A DNA stretch of 64,000 nt from Patescibacteria group bacterium (GTDB lineage Bacteria; Patescibacteriota; Patescibacteriia; UBA10025; JAHIVO01). The position numbers and the translations under genes are program-made. Below are positions 47,228-57,200 of this stretch, one piece after another (position 1 is the stretch's first letter; the number at the start of each line of letters is the position of its first letter). The DNA is taken from assembly GCA_049325535.1 (NCBI GenBank), contig JBMOKY010000001.1, forward strand, positions 93,002-157,001, in the 5' to 3' direction. A model generated the notes under the pieces. The model made no database searches, was not told the origin of the DNA, and saw only the letters and a program-made list of their open reading frames with translations.

Positions 47228-47312
47228 TGTCTCGGCACCCATGGTAGGATAATTTTTCAGAGAAGAATTAGATAGGACCTTCCCCAAGTTTATTTGGGAA
47301 GGTTTTATCATT

Positions 47313-48833
47313 ATGGCGACAACCGCATTATCTGCTACGGTCATCGGACTCGACGGCAGGCTGGTCGACGTGGAGGCCGATGTGGCACGGGGATTGCCGA
47401 AAATGCTCATCGTCGGTCTACCGGATACCGCAGTACAGGAAGCGCGAGAGCGGGTTCGCTCGGGTATTCGTAATAGTGGCTTTGATTTTCCGAGCGGTAT
47501 CATCACGGTCAATCTGGCGCCGGCAGACATCCGTAAGGAGGGATCTGGTTTCGACGTACCGATAGCGTTGGCCATCCTCCAGTCCCGCGGGTTTGTTCGC
47601 CGGGGTGTTGATTTGCGTTCCGGAATGTTTATTGGCGAACTGTCGCTGGATGGCCACATCCGTCCGGTGTCCGGTGTTTTATCGATGACACTGTCGGCAC
47701 TGGAACATGGGGTGACTGCCGTGTACGTTCCAGTAGAGAATGCCGGAGAAGCAGCACTGGCCGGAAGCGGGGTTATCTATGCGGTGCGGCATCTGTCCGA
47801 ACTGGTGGCTCATGTGAATGGGACGGAAAAAATTGCCCCCTACCGTGCCGTTCCACCGCCGGCAGAAGCACCTCCATCCGCTGATATGCAGCACGTCCGC
47901 GGTCATCAGCAGGCTAAACGGGCGCTGGAAATTGCCGCCGCAGGCGGGCACAACGTCCTGATGACCGGACCACCCGGATCCGGAAAGACGCTGCTAGCCC
48001 GCTGTTTGCCGTCCATTTTACCACCGATGACGCATGCCGAATCGCTGGAGGTGACGAAGATATATTCCGTCAGCGGTAAACTGGAGCGGGCGCGCATCAT
48101 GCATACTCGGCCATTCCGCACGCCCCACCATACGACGTCGGCGGTGGCGCTGGTCGGCGGCGGCAGCTCCCCGAAACCCGGTGAGATTTCACTGGCTCAC
48201 CGCGGAGTTTTATTTCTGGATGAATTTCCGGAGTTCAGTCGGCCGGTACTGGAAAGTTTACGACAGCCGCTTGAGGACGGGGTGGTGACGGTGGCTCGTG
48301 CCGCTGGCGCAGTTTCCTTTCCGGCACGGTTCATGCTGGTGGCGGCGCAGAATCCCTGCCCGTGTGGCTATTTGTATGACACGGAACGACCGTGTACCTG
48401 CACGCCGTACCAGCTGCTGAAGTACACCAAACGCATTTCAGGTCCGCTCCTGGATCGGATTGATATACATTTGCCGGTTCCCCGACTTCCCTATGCTGAT
48501 ATGCGGGGGGCCGTGTCGGGGGATGGTTCAGCAGTGATTCGCGGTCGGATAGTACGTGCGCGGATGCGTCAGGCAAAACGGATGGCAGAAACGGGCCGGC
48601 TCACTAATGCTGAATTATGTGTACGCGAGATAGACCGGTGGTGCGCGGTGCCGCCAGACGGTGAACTACTTATCAAACAAGCCATGAACCAATTTCATTT
48701 ATCGGTCCGTTCTTATCATCGTATCCTGAAGATCGCCCGCACTATCGCGGACCTGGCAGCAGCTGATATGATATCGGCGGATCACATTGCCGAGGCGCTC
48801 CGATTTCGACCACAGGAGCAGGCGCTGACCTGA
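47313..48833 (+). CDS. YifB/ComM-family Mg-chelatase-like AAA+ ATPase
   Basis: N-terminal Lon-like domain (IGLDGRLVDVEADVARGLP) and Walker A GPPGSGKT; 506 aa. Confidence 0.85.
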   Translation: MATTALSATVIGLDGRLVDVEADVARGLPKMLIVGLPDTAVQEARERVRSGIRNSGFDFPSGIITVNLAPADIRKEGSGFDVPIALAILQSRGFVRRGVDLRSGMFIGELSLDGHIRPVSGVLSMTLSALEHGVTAVYVPVENAGEAALAGSGVIYAVRHLSELVAHVNGTEKIAPYRAVPPPAEAPPSADMQHVRGHQQAKRALEIAAAGGHNVLMTGPPGSGKTLLARCLPSILPPMTHAESLEVTKIYSVSGKLERARIMHTRPFRTPHHTTSAVALVGGGSSPKPGEISLAHRGVLFLDEFPEFSRPVLESLRQPLEDGVVTVARAAGAVSFPARFMLVAAQNPCPCGYLYDTERPCTCTPYQLLKYTKRISGPLLDRIDIHLPVPRLPYADMRGAVSGDGSAVIRGRIVRARMRQAKRMAETGRLTNAELCVREIDRWCAVPPDGELLIKQAMNQFHLSVRSYHRILKIARTIADLAAADMISADHIAEALRFRPQEQALT

Positions 48834-48918
48834 GCAGTCTATTGACAGCTGGCGTCAAACCTCCTAGCGTAGATATTATACCAAGCGTTCATTGGGCAAC
48901 ATACCAAGGAGGTTGTGT

Positions 48919-49458
48919 ATGCGATACCGACGTATTACCGAGCCAAAACCCACGCCGTGGGATGACTATGACGAGGGTGAGACACTCGGTGAGATAATCC
49001 GTTTGGGGATGTGTATTTGCATCCTGTGGCTGGGAGACCGGTGGCGAACTATCGTCCGCTGGGCACTCGTCCTCGGGACGCTGATCATCATGTATCAGAG
49101 TCTCCATCATCCGCTGGCGCAGTTCGGCGCCTTGGCCGGAGTGGTCATTCTGAGCGGACTCAGTTATGTTCTGACCGCGGCTGGACTGGAAAACCAGAAC
49201 TGTGCCACGGTTTCCACTTTTTCTCTATGGCAGCGCCACGGATCGATGAAGGGACACCTGCTCAGTGCTGGCCTGGTCATGGTCAGCGTGGTTGGCCTGT
49301 GTCTGGTCATCAATGCTATCGGGTCGGTCAGCGTCAATCCCTGGGGGATCATAGCCACGGGGCTCGGGTATCCAGCACTTATCCTGCTGGTGGGGTATCT
49401 GACGGTGGCCAGTCACGCCCGGTTCGTTTCTCGGGAGGATTTCCTTCGCTCACAGTAG
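48919..49458 (+). CDS. hypothetical membrane protein
   Basis: AAGGAGG 6 nt upstream of the ATG (MRYRRITEP...) and four TM helices. The alternative-frame ORF at 49011 is Arg/Pro-rich junk. Confidence 0.55.
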   Translation: MRYRRITEPKPTPWDDYDEGETLGEIIRLGMCICILWLGDRWRTIVRWALVLGTLIIMYQSLHHPLAQFGALAGVVILSGLSYVLTAAGLENQNCATVSTFSLWQRHGSMKGHLLSAGLVMVSVVGLCLVINAIGSVSVNPWGIIATGLGYPALILLVGYLTVASHARFVSREDFLRSQ

Positions 49459-49571
49459 CGAATATCGCACTTCGCTCCAACTGGGTGCCCGGATGGCATC
49501 CAGTTTTTTTATTGATTGACTTTTACCCAAAAAAGTGCTAAAATATATTCACTCACTAAAGCACTGCAGCT

Positions 49572-51044
49572 ATGGCGGAGGAGCAAGCGGCTGTAACACA
49601 AAAACCACAAATAACGAAACCAAAAACCGCGGATGATATCCAGCTGGAAACTGATATCGCCCGGCTTGGTGCTGAGGAAAAATTAAAACGACTGCGCTGG
49701 TCGGTGGCCGTTCGCTACATCATGATTACGGCCGTCTGCGTCATTACCCTGGTGGCCTATGAGGTCGGGTTCAATTTTGATTTGATTGGAGTGCTGATCG
49801 CGGCGACCATCGCGTTCATTTTCAATCTGACGTCGAATCTGGTCTACCAAAACGTGTTTTATCCGAAGTTTTGGCCGTACATCGGCATCTATCTCGACAT
49901 GATTGTCATTACGTTGATTGTACATGCTACCGGCGGTGTTGAAAGCATTTTTGTTCCACTCTATTTGCTCCAGCTCGTGGGTACCAATGTCCATTTCAGC
50001 GCGCTGGCCGCACCGATGAATCTCGTTTTCGGCGGAGCGCTTTTTGTCGCTCTGATCACCGGTGAGTATGCCGGATGGCTGCCCCACACCACCACCGGTG
50101 TTTTTCTCGAGCCGCTCTATCTGAATCAAAAATACCTTTTTGGCATGGCGCTGGCCATGATCAGTCTGATGGGCATCAGTACCTATCGCAGCGGCTATGT
50201 CGTGCGGAGCCTGTCTACCGTAGAGGCGGAACTGTTGAAGGCAAACCATGAATTAGTCCGGTTAAATAAAATTTATTCCCGCGTCAACCGTCGGCTGAAA
50301 GAGATTGACCAGATGAAAACCGAGTTCATCTCCGTGGCGTCGCATCAGATGCGTACTCCGCTGTCCGGCGTCAAATGGGTGCTGCGGATGATTTTGGACG
50401 GCGACCTCGGTGAGCTGAACCAGCAGCAGCATGAAATGCTGCTCAAGGGGTATGAGACCAACGAGCGTATGATTTTGCTCATCAATGATTTGCTGAATGT
50501 TTCCCGTATCGAGGAGGGGCGATTCCAGTATCGTTTTGTTCATGCGTCACTCGAGGAGGTAGTGCTGCGTATTCGTGCTGATTTGGAGCCGGTCATCCAA
50601 AAGCGCGGCGTCAAAATGAAATATGACAGACCTGAACCTCCCTTGCCGAAAGTCAATATTGATCCGGATAAAATTCGCCTGGCAGTACAAAATTTGACAG
50701 ACAACGCTATTAAATATACCCCGCCGGGCGGCACGGTGACGCTCCGAACCTACGAAGAACACGGGCAGCTCATATTTAGCGTGCAGGATACGGGCGTCGG
50801 GATACCTGTCGATCAGCAGGGGCGCATCTTCTCCAAATTTTTCCGGGCGGATAATGTTATCCGCATGCAGACTGACGGCTCCGGCCTCGGTTTGTTCATA
50901 GCAAAAAATATCGTGGAGAACCACCGGGGTACTATTTGGTTTGAGAGCAATGAGGGCAAAGGCACGACATTTTATTTTTCACTGCCTCTGCATGACGCTA
51001 CCGTTTCGGAAACCCAGTTTGATCAATTTATTAAGAGTATCTAA
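49572..51044 (+). CDS. membrane sensor histidine kinase (HisKA + HATPase_c)
   Basis: H-box SHQMRTPL, N-box NAIKYT, G-boxes DTGVGI and GSGLGL; 5-6 N-terminal TM helices. Confidence 0.85.
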   Translation: MAEEQAAVTQKPQITKPKTADDIQLETDIARLGAEEKLKRLRWSVAVRYIMITAVCVITLVAYEVGFNFDLIGVLIAATIAFIFNLTSNLVYQNVFYPKFWPYIGIYLDMIVITLIVHATGGVESIFVPLYLLQLVGTNVHFSALAAPMNLVFGGALFVALITGEYAGWLPHTTTGVFLEPLYLNQKYLFGMALAMISLMGISTYRSGYVVRSLSTVEAELLKANHELVRLNKIYSRVNRRLKEIDQMKTEFISVASHQMRTPLSGVKWVLRMILDGDLGELNQQQHEMLLKGYETNERMILLINDLLNVSRIEEGRFQYRFVHASLEEVVLRIRADLEPVIQKRGVKMKYDRPEPPLPKVNIDPDKIRLAVQNLTDNAIKYTPPGGTVTLRTYEEHGQLIFSVQDTGVGIPVDQQGRIFSKFFRADNVIRMQTDGSGLGLFIAKNIVENHRGTIWFESNEGKGTTFYFSLPLHDATVSETQFDQFIKSI

Positions 51045-51050
51045 GTACGT

Positions 51051-51758
51051 ATGACATTTCCTCTGGTGCCATTGATTGACCTGGCGAATAGCATCATCTG
51101 CGGGTTTGCCAGCTTCCGTCTCTATCGGGCATACCAGCGCGATCCTTCGAACCGTGTGCTCTATTTCTTTGCCCAGGGGTATCTCGCGGTCGTCGTGTCG
51201 TACATTTTTTTCTCCATTCCCCGCATATTCCTGTGGGACGATTCGATGGCCATCGCAATCGGATTCATCGTGGCGCAGGCATTTCTCTATTTGTCAGTTG
51301 CATTTTTTTCGAAAGTATCGATGTTTTTCATACAAGTACAGCGGATGCGCCTGGTATTTTGGTTGGTCATACTCTTGTCTACGATTGCCGTCATCCTCAG
51401 CATCATATTCATCGGGCAGCCGGTGTATGATCCGGCGACTAGCATCACCAGCTGGGACATCCATCCCGCGGTCAGCTATTCCAGTTTGATTGTCCTGGGT
51501 GGCGTATTGGTTTGGAGTATGTTCTTTTTCTTCTGGCAGGGCATCCGCACACAGCACCGGCTGGTGAAAATTCGATCGATCATCATTGCTATAGGCTTGC
51601 TGCTGCTCATCGTGACTGCGTATACATATTATGGTGCCATTACCCCGCTCGGGGTGCTCGTTTCTGACCTATTTTCACTTGTGTCGTATCTCGTCATATT
51701 TTTTGGTATAATCTATGGGAGAGAGACACCGGCTGTTTCATCCAATCATCCACGATAA
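51051..51758 (+). CDS. hypothetical 7-TM membrane protein, possible sensor module
   Basis: 235 aa with about 7 hydrophobic helices, located between the kinase and the regulator. Confidence 0.5.
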   Translation: MTFPLVPLIDLANSIICGFASFRLYRAYQRDPSNRVLYFFAQGYLAVVVSYIFFSIPRIFLWDDSMAIAIGFIVAQAFLYLSVAFFSKVSMFFIQVQRMRLVFWLVILLSTIAVILSIIFIGQPVYDPATSITSWDIHPAVSYSSLIVLGGVLVWSMFFFFWQGIRTQHRLVKIRSIIIAIGLLLLIVTAYTYYGAITPLGVLVSDLFSLVSYLVIFFGIIYGRETPAVSSNHPR

Positions 51759-51761
51759 TAT

Positions 51762-52565
51762 ATGACCGATCATAAAGCTACCATTCTCATCATCGAGGAC
51801 GAAGAAATCCTGGTTGATGTCCTCTCGAAAAAGCTCGAGCAGGAAGGGTATCAGGTATACACCGCCGGTGATGGCATCGCGGGATTGGCGCTGGTTGATC
51901 AGGTCAAACCAGATATGATCCTGCTCGATATTCTGATGCCGAAGATGGATGGGTATGAGGTGCTCAGTTCACTGAAAACGAAGTATGGATCGCAGATGCC
52001 CCCGGTCATGGTCATCTCCAATTCCGGACAGCCGGTGGAGCTGGAGAAGGTCAAAGCGCTGGGTGCGCAGGACTACATCATCAAAGCTCAATTTACCCCG
52101 GAGGAAGTACTTCAGAAGGTAACCGGACTGCTGGGAAACATCAGTGCTGGTGCTCAATCAGCGCCGCCGAGCGCAGCCCCCCAGACGCGGATACTGATTG
52201 TGGAAGACGACCAGTTTTTGCGGGATTTACTCATGACTAAGCTGACCAAAGAACAATTCAATGTCACAGCTGCCATCGATGGCCCAGCCGGCCTGGAAAA
52301 AATTCTCAAAGAGCGGCCCGACATAGTGCTGCTTGATATCATCATGCCCGGGATGGATGGGTTTGAAATACTCAAGCGCATCCGTTCCAATAGCGACATG
52401 CAGATCGCCCGGACACCGGTCATTCTCCTGTCAAATCTGGGTCAGGAGGCGGATGTGGAAAAAGGGCGCAATCTCGGCGCAAACGATTATTTGATCAAGT
52501 CGAATTTCACCATCGATGAAATCATCGAAAAAATCCAGAAGACGCTGAGCGCAACTACTACATAA
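51762..52565 (+). CDS. tandem-receiver response regulator (two REC domains, no output domain)
   Basis: Two receiver domains, each with the acidic pocket (EDEE and EDD), DI(I/L)MP and a conserved Lys. Confidence 0.8.
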   Translation: MTDHKATILIIEDEEILVDVLSKKLEQEGYQVYTAGDGIAGLALVDQVKPDMILLDILMPKMDGYEVLSSLKTKYGSQMPPVMVISNSGQPVELEKVKALGAQDYIIKAQFTPEEVLQKVTGLLGNISAGAQSAPPSAAPQTRILIVEDDQFLRDLLMTKLTKEQFNVTAAIDGPAGLEKILKERPDIVLLDIIMPGMDGFEILKRIRSNSDMQIARTPVILLSNLGQEADVEKGRNLGANDYLIKSNFTIDEIIEKIQKTLSATTT

Positions 52566-52643
52566 CGCCACCGTACTTATTCAAAACTACCCGGCTTCTC
52601 GTGAGAGGCAGGGTGGTTTTATATTTCTGTACCCGGGCAGGAT

Positions 52644-53960
52644 CTAGAGGTAGCTCAGCGGGTTTACCGTGGCGCCATTGATACGCACCTCAAAGTGAAT
52701 ATGGGGTCCGGTGCACCATCCGGTGCAGCCGACCATACCGATGGTCTGCCCGCGCGACACGTAGTCTCCGACCTGGACAAACATCTTTGAATGGTGGGCA
52801 TAGAGCGTCGTCATACCGTTTCCATGGTCGACGATGATACGATTCCCATATCCGCTGCCCCAGCCGACGGCAGTGACGCGCCCATCATCGGCCGCGTAGG
52901 TCGGCGAGCTGTACGAGCCGGTGATATCCAGTCCGGCATGACCCCATTTGTAGTATTGGCTGATATTGTGACCCGACGTTGGCCAGGTGAGTTTGCCCGG
53001 ACTCCCGGCGGCAGTGGAATTTGCTGGGATATTCACGGAAGCCAGTCGGCTGCCCGTAGATGGCTGGGGCACCACGGTCGGTTTGGGTGGCTCGATCTCT
53101 CCGTTTGGAATGATGAGGATCTGATCTTTTTCGATATCCGATGCGTTGACGAGTTTATTGAATTCAATGATTTCATTTTCGTCTGCTTTAAATTCTTTCG
53201 CGATGCCAGCCAGCGTTTCGCCGCTTTTGATCTGATGGGAGACTCCTGACACTGGCAGAATCGTCAGTGTATCGCCTGGTTTGATGAAATCACGCGGTCC
53301 GAGTTTGTTTTCCCACAGGATAGTATCCGTCGAGATGTTGAATTTTTCCGCGATAGTACTGACGGTATCGCCGCCCTCCACCTGGTAATAGGTTACTGCC
53401 TCCCGGGGACGATTACCGATGGTGGTACTGGACAGATTCGGATTGATCAGCGCGCCACTTCCGGCCAGGAGGACATCATTGCCACCGCTGTTGCCATTGG
53501 TTCGCGATTGATTGGCACCATCCAGGGTGGTGACAACACCGGTATCTCGAAAATACTCTGGTGCCATAGCGACCGTCGTCAGCGCTGATTCCTTGATATC
53601 GACGTCTTGGAGGTCGGTAGTCATAGCGCCGAGCAACATGTCATCGCCGAATTCTTCCGCTCGGGTTTCACGGATGACAAAATTATTAAAAATGACCGCG
53701 ATGGCGACCACGGCGAGGACGACATGAATCGTCGATTTGTTCATCAGTGGGTAAATAATTTTGTTTTTTGCCGGCGCAAAGATAATAGACAGCCGGTTGC
53801 GCGCTGCCCGATACCATCGGTACAGGTGGACGAATACGTGACGAAATAAAAAGCGCGCCACCAGTCGGAGTGGACGCACGAGTATCCAGTTGAGTATCGT
53901 CCCGAGTGCTGCGCCCACAAACATGATGCCCTCAAGCAGGCGGAGCAGGCCAGTCACCAT
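52644..53960 (-). CDS. LysM-domain M23 metallopeptidase (N-terminal TM, two LysM, C-terminal M23)
   Basis: Two LysM motifs (GDTVSTIAEKF; GETLAGIAKEF) and M23 HAGLD...HIHFEV. The start is uncertain; the ORF extends to 54047. Confidence 0.8.
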   Translation of the reverse strand: MVTGLLRLLEGIMFVGAALGTILNWILVRPLRLVARFLFRHVFVHLYRWYRAARNRLSIIFAPAKNKIIYPLMNKSTIHVVLAVVAIAVIFNNFVIRETRAEEFGDDMLLGAMTTDLQDVDIKESALTTVAMAPEYFRDTGVVTTLDGANQSRTNGNSGGNDVLLAGSGALINPNLSSTTIGNRPREAVTYYQVEGGDTVSTIAEKFNISTDTILWENKLGPRDFIKPGDTLTILPVSGVSHQIKSGETLAGIAKEFKADENEIIEFNKLVNASDIEKDQILIIPNGEIEPPKPTVVPQPSTGSRLASVNIPANSTAAGSPGKLTWPTSGHNISQYYKWGHAGLDITGSYSSPTYAADDGRVTAVGWGSGYGNRIIVDHGNGMTTLYAHHSKMFVQVGDYVSRGQTIGMVGCTGWCTGPHIHFEVRINGATVNPLSYL

Positions 53961-54216
53961 GATGGATTTGATGCGGAGGGTGATAGGGGGTAAGCGTAAA
54001 AAATTAGCTGTAGTTCCGTTATTTTGCCAATATGGCATCACGGTCAAGTTTCAATTGCCAACGATACCATGTCTGGCGGTCAGTGTCAATCCGCTGGTAC
54101 CAGACAGTCGGCACGCACGGGATATCCCACAGTACGAGATGGTGTATCCGGTGATGGGCAGAGCATATCATGAACGCCTTGAATCCCGAGGGGTGAAATG
54201 ATACAGTGAGCGTATT

Positions 54217-57200
54217 ATGGCTAGTCAGTATCATCATCAGGAAGTGGAGCGCCGGTGGCAGCAGGCCTGGGAAAGGGATGGCGTCTTTCGGGTGTCTGAC
54301 GATCAGCTGGTCAATCCGCAGTATGTCCTAGACATGTTTCCCTATCCGTCAGCCCAGGGGCTACATGTCGGGCACCCAGAAGGCTATACCGCGTCCGACA
54401 TTTACGCGCGTTTTTTGCGCGCCCGGGGCAAGTCCGTACTGCACCCGATGGGGTTTGATTCATTCGGTCTGCCCGCAGAGAATTATGCCATCAAAACCGG
54501 CACCCACCCGGCAAAAACCACCGCGGACAATATCGAAAACATGCGCCGGCAGATCAAAAGTCTGGGGTTTTCCTATGACTGGGAGCGAGAAGTCATCACC
54601 TCTGATCCGAAGTATTATCAATGGACGCAGTGGATTTTTATTCAATTATTTAAACACGGACTGGCCTACGAGGCTGACGCGCCGATCAACTGGTGCCCAA
54701 AGGATAAGACCGGCCTGGCCAATGAAGAAGTCGTTGACGGCAAATGCGAACGCTGCGGCGCTGCGGTGACCAAGAAGCAGATCAAACAGTGGCTGGTCAA
54801 GATCACTGATGAAAAATATATTGAGCGGCTATTGCACGGCCTCGACGATCTCGACTGGCCAGAGTCGATCAAGACGTTGCAGCGAAACTGGATTGGGCGG
54901 AGCGAAGGAGCGGAGATACAATTTCCAATTTCCAATTCTCAAATTCCAAAAAAATCTAAAGCATCAAATGTAAATTCTCAAAACAACAACCCGGTTATTA
55001 CCGTTTTTACCACCCGACCGGACACACTATTCGGCGCGACGTACATGGTGCTGTCACCGGAACATGAATTAGTTGACGCGATTACGACTGACAAGCAGCG
55101 GAAAGCAGTTGACCAGTATAAAAAAGAAGCGGCGGCAAAATCAGATCTGGAGCGGACCGATTTAGCGAAAGATAAGACGGGGGTATTTACCGGCGCGTAT
55201 GCTATCAATCCGGCTACTCATAAAAAAATTCCCATATGGATTGCTGACTATGTGTTGAGTAGTTATGGCACCGGCGCCATCATGGCCGTGCCGGCGCACG
55301 ATGAACGGGATCACGCCTTTGCGCAGAAATATACATTGCCGATCATCCAGGTCATCAAACCTCCGCGCGTCATGCCAAAGATGAGTCCGCCGCTCGGGAG
55401 CGCGGCCGCCTGGGGGATGCAGGACAGCGATGTGGAGTACACGTGCTGGACAGGTGATGGAGAGATGGTGAATTCAGGTGAATTTGATGGCATGGACTCA
55501 GTGGAATTCAAGAAAAAAATAGTTGCATGGCTGGCCCATAAAAGTGCTGGGAGAACTTGTCTGGTTATTCACGGGTTGAGCGGACATAAACGGGAGAATT
55601 GGTTCCCCTGGCTCAAGGATGAATTGAAAAAGCGCGGTTGGAATCCCATCGTACCGACCATGCCAGGCGCTGGGCATCCGACGCAGGATGGTTGGGAAAA
55701 GGAAATGGCCACGCATGATCAGGAAATCAATGAGCGTTCGTTTCTTGTAGGACATAGTCTGGGTTGTGCGGCTATTCTCTATCATTTACAGCAGAAAGGT
55801 CAGCAGGTGGATACCGTGATTTTGGTGGCGCCGACGAATCCTTTACAGAAATGGGAGCAGCTTAAAAAAAATCATCCGAGCGCCGATTGGGACGCGGTCA
55901 TGAGCATGAATCAGGAAGGTGCGTATGATTGGCAGAAAATAAAATCACTGGCTCGGCGCTTTGTCATAGTGTATTCAGATAATGATCCGTACGTTGATCA
56001 GGAGAGTATTGAATACTACAAGTTACATTTGCCAGAAGCTGAATATCACCTCTATCCAGGCAAGTCGCATTTCAGCGAAACGACCGGCGGTATCACCGCA
56101 TTGCCTGAGATACTGCAGTTTTTCCCACTGGAGCCTCTGGCCAAGGTGGCGATCAACTACAAACTCCGCGATTGGCTGTTTAGCCGCCAGCGGTATTGGG
56201 GCGAACCGATTCCGATTGTCCACTGTGAGCAGTGTAAAGAGAATGTGGAATCAACACCGTGGATTTTACATTTCTATGAAACGCCATTTCGTAAAATTCT
56301 CAGTGGTGAAAAAACAATTGAGACGCGCGCGCTCAATCCTGATGAACCAGACCGTTATTTCGCTGATATTCAAGCAGGCGATGTCATCAAGGGTGTGTTG
56401 AAAGGTACAAATGAATCATTGTATCTGCGAGTTACGAAACAATATCAGTTCAGAAATCTCGAAGAGTTTCACCAGCACAGAGATTTACTCGGGAAGCTGC
56501 GGGCACATTTTGATCCCACGCTCGAGGAGCTGAAGGAGTTTTATGCGCTCACACCCGACTATGTAGACCGAATCCAAAAAAACGGCTTAGTTGCCTGGGA
56601 GTTTATTCGTATACAGCCAGGGCAGGTGCCCGTTCCTGAGGATCAACTCCCGCTGGAATTACCCGACGTGGAGAAATACGAACCCACCGGTACCGGGCAG
56701 TCCCCGCTGGCCGCCATTACCGACTGGGTGAATACCACCTGCCCGGAGTGCGGCGGATCAGCCAAGCGCGAGACTAATACGATGCCCCAGTGGGCTGGAT
56801 CAAACTGGTATTTTCTCCGCTATTGCGATCCGCACAATGATACCCAACTGGCCGATCCTGAGAAATTAAAAAAATGGTTGCCGGTAAATATGTACATCGG
56901 TGGCGCAGAGCACGCGGTGCTTCATTTACTGTACGCACGGTTTATCTATATGTTCCTCTATGATATTGGTACAGTACCGCAGGAATGCGGTGAGGAGCCG
57001 TTTATCGTTCTCAAGAACCAAGGCCTAATCATGGGTGAAGACGGGCAGAAGATGTCGAAGTCGCGGGGGAATGTGATCAATCCCGATGACGTGGTGCGAG
57101 AGTATGGCGCGGACGTCCTGCGCATGTACGAGATGTTCATGGGGCCGTTTGAAGACGCCAAGCCATGGAGCACGCAGGGGATTGTCGGTGTACGGCGGTT

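Noticed and set aside
46721-47659. 312-aa minus-strand ORF
   Set aside because: It overlaps the pseudouridine synthase gene, the zinc-ribbon gene and the comM gene, and its product is Pro/Ser/Arg-rich low-complexity sequence.
49011-49541. 176-aa alternative-frame ORF
   Set aside because: Arg/Pro/Gly-rich junk overlapping the 48919-49458 frame, which encodes clean TM helices and has an AAGGAGG SD.
55555-56625. Inteins as an explanation for the LeuRS insertions
   Set aside because: The inserts do not start with Cys/Ser + block A, and they do not end with His-Asn followed by Cys/Ser/Thr. Instead they show hydrolase (GHSLG) and ASCH (GEKTIETR) motifs.
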